This document shows positions 56,450-64,000 of a DNA stretch of 64,000 nt, one piece after another; the first letter of the stretch is position 1; every line of letters begins with the position of its first letter. The position numbers were made by a program, and so were the translations under genes. The notes below the pieces were generated by a model that was given only the letters and a program-made list of their open reading frames with translations, had not been told where the DNA came from and did no database searches. Source of the stretch: an uncultured Spirochaetota bacterium. Its GTDB lineage: Bacteria > Spirochaetota > Spirochaetia > SZUA-6 > CAVTHK01. Location of the stretch: contig CAVTHK010000010.1 of assembly GCA_963734495.1 (NCBI GenBank), forward strand, positions 292,568-356,567. The letters are read 5' to 3'.

Positions 56450-56567
56450 CCTTGCCCGTGGGCTATGACATCCTTGTCGCCCACGGGCCCGGACCATCCC
56501 TGGTCCTTGACCGTGGGCTATGACATCCTTGTCGCCCACGGGCCCGGACCATCCCTGGTCCTTGACC
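56450..56567. repeat. Exact two-copy 55-bp tandem repeat, each unit made of two hairpins
   Basis: CCGTGGGCTATGACATCCTTGTCGCCCACGGGCCCGGACCATCCCTGGTCCTTGA at 56456 and 56511. Confidence 0.95.
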
Positions 56568-56597
56568 ATGCCGCGCGGTTTCCGGTGTAATGGCCGC

Positions 56598-56981
56598 CTC
56601 GGGCCGGCGCGCGGCAATCCGCAGGCATATATGTACATGAGCCCGTTCGGCAGCGCCAATCCTCGCTTCGCCTACTCGATTACGAGCACCGCCGGCGAGT
56701 CGGGCGTTACGGCTCCGAGAGCCATCGGGGCCGGCTGGCACCACCTGGCTGGCGTGATCGACGCCTCGACGATGAAAGTCTCGCTGTACGTCGACGGCAG
56801 CTTGGCCGGAACCCCCGCCACGGCGACGATCCTGCCGAACAATCTGGGCAAGACGAACCAGAACTTCGTGGGTCGTTCCCAGTGGGCGGATCCGTACCTG
56901 ACCGGCTCGGTAGACGAGCTGCGGATTTACAATCGCGCTTTGTCGGCCGGTGAAGTCGACTATCTCGCCGGCGACCGCTAA
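56598..56981 (+). CDS. C-terminal fragment of a LamG/concanavalin-A-like domain protein (5' part missing)
   Basis: WHHLAGVID, LYVDG and GRSQWADPYLTGSVDELRIYNRALS; no credible N-terminus. Confidence 0.75.
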   Translation, partial: LGPARGNPQAYMYMSPFGSANPRFAYSITSTAGESGVTAPRAIGAGWHHLAGVIDASTMKVSLYVDGSLAGTPATATILPNNLGKTNQNFVGRSQWADPYLTGSVDELRIYNRALSAGEVDYLAGDR

Positions 56982-57049
56982 GCAGGCGGCGTTCTGACAG
57001 TCGACGATTATGGTGGTGTTTGTCCTATAATAACGACACGAGCACAATT

Positions 57050-57087
57050 GAGGGCCCGCACAAGTCTGGTGCGGGCCCTCGTTCTGT
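57050..57087 (+). terminator. Hairpin terminator after the LamG gene
   Basis: 12-bp stem GAGGGCCCGCAC/GTGCGGGCCCTC followed by GTTCTGT. Confidence 0.55.
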
Positions 57088-57172
57088 GCGGCGGCGGGAA
57101 GAAAGCTGGACTTTCAAGCGTCTGACTCTTATCATCTCCCAATCGCGCTTTTCTGGCATGGGGTAAGAGCAG

Positions 57173-58824
57173 ATGTATATCAGGCAACTGGCGGCGAGAG
57201 AACTCGTCTTGGTTGGGGCCCTTTTGTGTGGCTCGTGTGCGGAAATGAGCACGCGCAGCCCGGCGGATTATGTCGGTCCGAAGGCGCCCGAGCCTAATGT
57301 GGTCTCGGCCCCTGCGACCGCTACGGGTGTGGTCGGTACGGAAACACCTGCACAGAACCGGCCAATCGTCCCGGCCACCGGACCTCTGACGATCACCATC
57401 GAGCAGGCCATGCTGCTGGCACTCGAAAACAACAAATCCCTGATGGTGCAGCGGCTCAATCCCCAGATCGAGCGGACCTTCGAGCAGCAGCAACTGGCCG
57501 CTTTCGATCCCGATCTGACGGCGCAGGTTGCCGAGGAGCGAGACAAAGTTACAGCGGGTCCGACATTGCGCAGAGCCGATGGAATCACGGCGTCCGCGGG
57601 CGTCGACGAGTTTCTGCCAACGGGGACCACGCTCGGCGTGACCGGCAGCTCCTCCCAGGTCAACCTGGCGGGTGATGAAGAGGAGTACGCATCGAGGGTC
57701 GCCTTCAACGCGACGCAATCGCTGCTGCGGGGCTTCGGGTCCGCCGTGAACCTGGCCTCCGTGAATCAGGCGAGGATCGATGTCGAGATCTCCCAGTACG
57801 AGCTGCGGGGCTTTGTGCAGACGCTGCATCGCCCAGGTGGAGGAGACGTATTGGGACTACGCCCTGGCCCAGCGGCAGGATCGAGATCTTCCAGCAGTCC
57901 CTGGATCTGGCGCAGAGGCAACTGGAGGAGACGCAGGAACGCGATCCAGGTGGGCGATCTGGCGTCGAGACCGAGCAGTCGGCGGCCGAAGCGGAAGTGG
58001 CGCTGCGCCGGGAGGATCTGATCAACGCCCGCAGCACCCTGGCGAAGACGAAGCTGGTCCTGCTGCGTCTGCTCAACCCGCCCGGCTCCGGCGGCGAGAC
58101 GCCGGGGGAGAACCTGTGGAACCGAGAGGTGTGTTACCCAGCCTGCCGACCAGCCCGTCCATCACGCTCGACGAGGTCGAGCCGCACGTGGCCCTGGCGC
58201 TGCGGATGCGGCCGGATTTGAACCAGGCGCGGCTGCTCTGGCAGCGGGACGACCTGGAGATCGTCAAGACCCGCAACGGCCTGTTGCCGAGGCTCGACCT
58301 GTTCGTCACACTCGGCAGGACCGGGTTTGCGGAATCGTTCGGCAATTCGATCGACGAACGTCGGATGACGACAACTACGATGCGCAGGTCGGACTGGACT
58401 TCGAGTACCCGGCGTTCAATCGCGCCGCCGAGTCCCGCCACCTGCGTGCCGTCCTGACGCGACGCCAGCAGGCGAAGGAGGCCATCGACAACCTCTCGCA
58501 ACTGGTCGAAGTGGACGTGCGCAGTGGCATACCTGGAGATCGCCCGCTCGCAGGAGCAGGTGATCGCCACGGCCGCGACGCGAAGGCTCCAGGAAGAGAA
58601 GGTGCGTCGTGGAGACCGAGAAATTCCGCCTGGGCAAGTCGACCTCTCTGCTCGTCGCCCAGGCGCAGCGGGACCTGGTCTCGAGCCAGATCGACGAGGT
58701 GCAGGCGGTCGTCAGTTATTTGAAGGCGTTTGTGGAGATGTACAGACTGGAAGGCTCGCTGCTCGACCGGCGCGGGATCACCGCTCCCGGCCGGGAGCCG
58801 GTCAAGTTGCCCGACAACTCCTGA
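57173..58824 (+). CDS. TolC-family outer membrane efflux protein with many frameshifts
   Basis: LTITIEQAMLLALENN, TQSLLRGFG, VEETYWD, NGLLPRLD and EKFRLGKSTSLLV. Confidence 0.82.
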
Positions 58825-58885
58825 CGGCCGGCAATGCGACCTTCGTGTTTTGCAGGAATGATCTATGATTGGTGGTGTTCGACCC

Positions 58886-60038
58886 ATGTGGTTCAAAAGC
58901 GGCCGCTATGTGTGCATGACGCTGCGGCTGGTCCTTTGTCTGGTCGCGGCGATCGCGCTGTGCCAGGCCGGTTGTTCCAAGCGTTCGGAGGGCGGGTCCC
59001 GCCCCGGCGGTCGAGGCGGTGGTGCCCCGGCCGTACCCGTCAGACTGGCCAAAGCCGAGCAGAAGACGACGGCCATCGAGGTGGCCAGCTTCGGCACGGT
59101 GGAAGCCCTTGCCAACGTGGACATCAAGGCTCAGGTCAGCGGCATTCTGACGGGTGTGCATTTCACCGAAGGCCAGATGGTGAAGAAAGGGGACCTGCTG
59201 CTGTCCATCGATCCCCGCGAGCGGGAGGTCGCTCTGAAGGTCGCCCAGGCCAATTTGGCGGGTCATGAGGCCCAATTGAAGAACGCCGAGAGCGAGACGA
59301 CCCGGCAGACGGAGTTGCTCGAGAAAGGGTTCACTTCCCAGGACGAGTACGACAAAGCGACCACGGCGGTCGAAATGCTGCGGGCGTCGGTCAGCGCCGA
59401 CAAAGCGGCGATCGAGAATGCGACGCTCCTGCTCGATTACTGCTCGATCAGATCCCCGTGGACGGTCGCACCGGGAGCCTGCACGTGCACCAGGGCAACC
59501 TGATCAAGGCCAACGACATTTCGGTCGTGACGGTCATGCAGATCGATCCCATCTACGTCAGCTTCTGTGCTCCGGAAACGTACCTTCCGACGATTCGCAA
59601 GAACATGGCGGGCGGAGCCCTGGACGTGACGGTGACCCAGCCGGACGCGAACGAGCCTCCGATACGGGGCGTCCTGTCGTTCATCGACAACACCGTGGAC
59701 CTGGACAATCGCACGATCCACCTGCGTGCCACGTTGGCCAACAAGGACCAACGTCTCTGGCCGGGGCAGTACGTGGACGTCGTGTCTGACCATCGCCCAG
59801 GAGCCGAATTCCGTCGTGGTGCCGTCCCAGGCCGTCCAGATCGGCCAGCGGCGCCCAGTTCGTGTACGTGGTCAAGTCGGACCAGACCGTCGAGGCCAGA
59901 CCTGTCACCGTCAAGCGGTCGACGGACAACGAGACGGTCGTTGAAGGCGTGCAGGCAGGAGAGATGGTCGTTACGGACGGCCAGCTCCGGCTCGTCCCCG
60001 GCGCGCGTGTGCAGGCAAAAGAAACAGCGAAGAAGTAA
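58886..60038 (+). CDS. RND efflux periplasmic adaptor (MFP); frameshifted
   Basis: GTVEA..VDIKAQVSG, EGQMVKKGD, QIDPIYVSF, FIDNTVD, LWPGQY and VVTDGQLRL. Confidence 0.85.
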
Positions 60039-60050
60039 GGTAATCGATCG

Positions 60051-63000
60051 ATGGGTTTCACGTCGCTTTTCATCAATCGGCCGGTCATGACGACGCTGGT
60101 CATGCTCGGCGATCCTGCTCTTCGGCATCGCGGCCTTTCCGGCAACTTCCGATGAGCGATCTGCCGAACGTGGACTTTCCCACGATCCAGGTCTCCGCGT
60201 CGCTGCCCGGGGCCAGCCCGGAGACCATGGCCGCCGCCGTGGCCACGCCGCTGGAACGACAGTTCTCGACCATCGCCGGCATCGATTCGATGATGTCCTC
60301 CAGCGCCCTGGGCAGCACCCAGATCACGCTTCAGTTCAATCTGAGCCGCGACATCGACGCGCGCCGCCCAGGATGTCCAGGCGGCGATCTCGCGGGCCGT
60401 CGCGGCAATTGCCCCAGGACATGCCCAGTCCGCCGACGTACCGGAAGGTCAACCCGCCGACCAGCCGATTCTCTTTATCGCGCTGACCAGCCCCACGCTG
60501 CCGCTGTACGACTTGACGAGTACGGCGAAACCCTGATGGCGCAGCGAATCTCCATGGTCAGCGGCGTGGCCCAGGTGCAGGTCTACGGCGGCCAGAAATA
60601 CGCCGTCCGTGTCCAGCTCGACCCGATGGCGCTGTCCGAGCAAGGCCATCGGGATCGACGAGGTGGCCGACGCCGATTCAGAACGGCAATGTGAATCTGC
60701 CCACGGGAATCCTGTACGGGCCGCACCGGGCCTTCACGGTCCAGGCCACCGGCCAGCTCAACAACGCCGAGGCGTATCGGCCGCTGATCGTCGCGTATCG
60801 CAACGGCTCACCCGTGCGCCTCGGCGACATCGCCACAGTCGTCGACAGCGTCGAAAACAACAAGGTCGCCGCCTGGTATGTCAACCCGACGGCGTCGCAG
60901 ACGGTCCATCATTCTGGCCGATCCAGCGGCAGCCCGGCACCAACACCGTGGAGGTGGCGGATGCCGTTAAGCGACTGCTGCCCACCTTCCGCGGACCAGT
61001 TGCCGGCCTCGGTTTCGATGAACATCCTGTATCGACCGCTCGACGTCCATCCGCGAGTCGGTCACGCGATGTCGAATATACGCTGCTGCTGACGCTCGTT
61101 CTGGTGGTGCTGGTCATCTTCCTGTTCCTGCGGAACGTCTCGGCCACGGTCATCCCGAGCCTGGCGCTGCCGATGGCCATCGTCGGGACCTTCGCCGTCA
61201 TGTACCTGCTGCAACTACAGCCTCGACAACCTGTCGCTGATGGCCCTGACGCTGTCGGTCGGCTTCGTCGTGGATGACGCCATCGTCATGCTGGAAAACA
61301 TCGTGCGGCACATGGAAATGGGCAAGACCTCCGCTCAAGGCGGCCCTGGACGGCGCCAAGGAGATCGGCTTTACCATCGTGAGCATGACGCTGTCGCTGG
61401 CGGCGGTGTTCATCCCGGTCCTGTTCATGGGCGGCCTGATCGGCCGGCTGTTCCGCGAGTTTGCCGTGACCATCGGCGTGGCCGTGCTGGTGTCGGGCTT
61501 TATCGCCCTGACGCTGACGCCGATGCTGTCCAGCCGATTTCTCGAAACCGCCGAGGCCGTCCACCACGGCCGGGCTTACGCGTTCTCCGAGAGCGATCTA
61601 TCAGCGTCGTGCTTGCGTTTCTACGAGCGGACGCTGCGCTGGGTCCTGGCCCACAAGTCGGCACGATGGTCTTTTCGCGTCGCGACCCTGGCCGGCACGG
61701 TCTACCTGTTCGTCACGATCCCCAAGGGCTTCCTGCCCAGCGAGGACCGCGCCAGATCTCGGGTTCCACCGAGGCGGTCGAGGGCATTTCCTACAAGTCC
61801 ATGTTCGAGCACCAGCAGGCGGTCGCCGCGGTTCTGCAGACCAAGCCCGAGATCGAGTCGTTCATGTCCAGCGCCGGTGCCCGCGGCAGCTCCGGCGGCA
61901 ACACCGGCAACCTGATGATCCGCCTGAAACCCAGATCGGAGCGGACGGTATCGGCCGACGAGCTGATCCAGCAGTGGCGGCCCGGCCTCAACTCCATTCC
62001 CGGCATTCGCGTCTTCCTGCAGAACCCGCCCACCATCTCCATCGGCGGCCGCATGGCCCGAAGCCAGTACCAGTTCACCCTGCAGAGCCCCGACACGGCA
62101 GGAGCTGTACAAGTACGCGGTCCTGATGGAGGAGAAGATGCGGGACCTGCCCGGCTTTCAGGATGTCACCAGCGATCTGCGGATGAAGAATCCCGCAGGT
62201 CAACGTCGAACATCCAGCGGGACAAGGCCTCGGCCGCCGGCATCACCGCCGCCCAGATCGAGATCCGCTCTGTCCAATGCCTACGGCTCGCGGCAGGTCT
62301 CCACCATCCTGACGCCCAACAACCAGTACTACGTCATCATGGAGCTGCAGGACGAAGTACCAACTGGATCCCGTCCGCCCTGAGCATGCTCTATATCCGT
62401 TCCAGCACCGGCCAGCTGGTCCCGCTCAACACGGTGGCCGAGCTCTACGACCGGCGTCGGCCCCCTGACGATCAACCACCAGGGCCAGTTGCCCTCCGTC
62501 ACGATCTCCTTCAACCTGCCGCCCGGCGTCTCCCTGGGCGAGGCGGTCGCCGTGATCAACCAACTGGCCCAGGAGCACTCCTGCCGGCCACCATCAGCAC
62601 CAGCTTCCAGGGCACCGCCCAGGCCTTCCAGTCCTCCATGAAGGGGCTGGGCTGGCTGCTGGTCCTGGCGATCCTGGTCATCTACCTGGTGCTGGGCATC
62701 CTGTACGAGAGCTTCATCCACCCGATCACGATCCTCTCGGCCCTGCCCTTCGCCGGGCTTCGGCGCGCTGCTGACGCTGCTGATCTTCAGCGTCGAGCTG
62801 TCGATCTACGCCTTCGTCGGCATCATCATGCTCGTCGGCCTGGTCAAGAAGAACGGCATCATGATGGTGGACTTCGCCATCGAGGCCCAGCGAAAGGAAG
62901 GGCAAGAACGCCGCACGACGCCATTCTGGAGGCCAGCCTGATCCGGTTCCGCCCGATCATGATGACCACGATGGCGGCCCTGATGGGCGGCTCTGCCGAT

Positions 63001-63070
63001 CGCCCTGGGCTTGGGCGCCGGGGCCGAATCCCGCCAGCCCCTGGGCCTGGCCGTGGTCGGCGGGCTGCTG
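60051..63070 (+). CDS. RND efflux permease (MdtB/MdtC/AcrB family), heavily frameshifted and truncated before the last TM helix
   Basis: [51 protein letters not shown] and [11 protein letters not shown]. Confidence 0.85.
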
Positions 63071-63868
63071 CGGATGGTCCATACCTCCAAGGCCCGATCC
63101 AAGATCAAACGCTGGCTCAAACAGCAGGGCTTCGAACAATCCAAGGCGTTGGGCGAAGAAATTCTCGACCGGGAGCTGAAAAAAGCCCATCTGAACCTCC
63201 CCGAGCCGAACGATATGGAGGACATCGCCCAGGGGATGGGGTTCCTTTCCGCCGAAGCGCTCCTGGCCGCTATCGGCGACGGCACCATTTCCGTGCAACA
63301 GGTCATGACCAAGATCATCCCCGAGCAGATGCCGGAGGTGAAGCAATCGGTCGTGAAGCGGTTCTTCGATACCGCCCGGGGGGACAAAGGCATCCGCATC
63401 CAGGGGATGGGGAACATGATGTTCCGGTTCGCCGGATGCTGCCAGCCGGTTCCCGGTGAGCAGATTATCGGCTTCATCACCCGGGGGAGAGGGATCACCA
63501 TTCATCGCGCGGACTGCAGCATGGTGCAGGAATTGTCGCGGAGTCCCGAACGGTTGATTCAGGTCGAATGGGACGCCGACAAAGGGCAGGCGTTCATCGT
63601 CAAGTTGGATATCCTTCTGGAAGACCGTAAGAATATGCTTCGGGATATCACCCAGGTCATCTCCGATACCGACGCCAATGTCCGCGGGGCGGAAATCTCC
63701 GGCAAGGGCGGGCCGGTGGTCGGCTCTTTCGTCGTTGAAATCAAGAACCTGTCGCACCTGAACCGGGTTATAGAAAAGGTCAAGAAGATAAAAGGGGTCA
63801 TCTCCATTGAGCGGGCCAAGGGCGTCGATATCGATACCATGGCCGGAAGCGATGGCGCCGTTTCATAG
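63071..63868 (+). CDS. relA: C-terminal fragment of RelA/SpoT (AH-ZFD-ACT region)
   Basis: TSKARSKIKRW, LLAAIGDG, FAGCCQPVPGEQIIGFITRGRGITIHRADC, and ACT domain EDRKNMLRDIT. Confidence 0.88.
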   Translation, partial: RMVHTSKARSKIKRWLKQQGFEQSKALGEEILDRELKKAHLNLPEPNDMEDIAQGMGFLSAEALLAAIGDGTISVQQVMTKIIPEQMPEVKQSVVKRFFDTARGDKGIRIQGMGNMMFRFAGCCQPVPGEQIIGFITRGRGITIHRADCSMVQELSRSPERLIQVEWDADKGQAFIVKLDILLEDRKNMLRDITQVISDTDANVRGAEISGKGGPVVGSFVVEIKNLSHLNRVIEKVKKIKGVISIERAKGVDIDTMAGSDGAVS

Positions 63869-63879
63869 GAAGATTCCAT

Positions 63880-64000
63880 ATGGCGGAAAAGAAATGTTCC
63901 GGGTGCGGTGAACCGTTGACGGCCTCGGCCCGGTTTTGTCCCGCCTGCGGCCGGGCGGTCGGCCAGGCGAACCGTGACAAAAAACGTTGGCGATTGGTGG
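63880..64000 (+). CDS. 5' end of a zinc-ribbon domain protein
   Basis: MAEKKCSGCGEPLTASARFCPACG. Confidence 0.7.
   Translation, partial: MAEKKCSGCGEPLTASARFCPACGRAVGQANRDKKRWRLV

Noticed and set aside
56450..56567. CRISPR array or att site
   Set aside because: Two abutting identical copies with no spacer; no integrase or tRNA nearby
56575..56625. tRNA-like GGTGTAATGG
   Set aside because: No T-arm (GTTCRA) or cloverleaf can be formed

Overview
Bases 1 to ~56,600 are a gene-dense, very GC-rich bacterial chromosomal segment. It is probably Spirochaetia, inferred from the 'AFAGGQTE'-type binding-protein signal peptide and an MFS-HEAT fusion; the taxonomy is not verified. It carries an orphan ligase-associated MBL exonuclease, DUF763, two alcohol dehydrogenases, two Liv-type ABC importers and a MarR/ArsA-like operon with a visible operator. 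It also holds a carbohydrate locus (GH42, GH51, sugar ABC, three sulfatases, FGGY kinase, URO-D-like, DUF2264, DenD) and an aryl-acid cluster (three phenylacetate-CoA ligases, iorAB, aminotransferase, ACT protein, thioesterase). Non-coding signals include two hairpin-rich tandem repeats (50 bp x3 and 55 bp x2), GTAG-hairpin elements that supply stop codons, and several apparently leaderless genes. From ~56,600 the sequence switches abruptly to lower-GC DNA (LamG fragment, TolC/MFP/RND efflux). At ~63,070 the RND gene is joined in-frame to the C-terminal part of relA/spoT; both joins look like assembly chimeras. Dozens of single-base frameshifts suggest an unpolished long-read assembly, so broken genes are treated as probably intact. 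No CRISPR array, tRNA, rRNA or transposase was seen.
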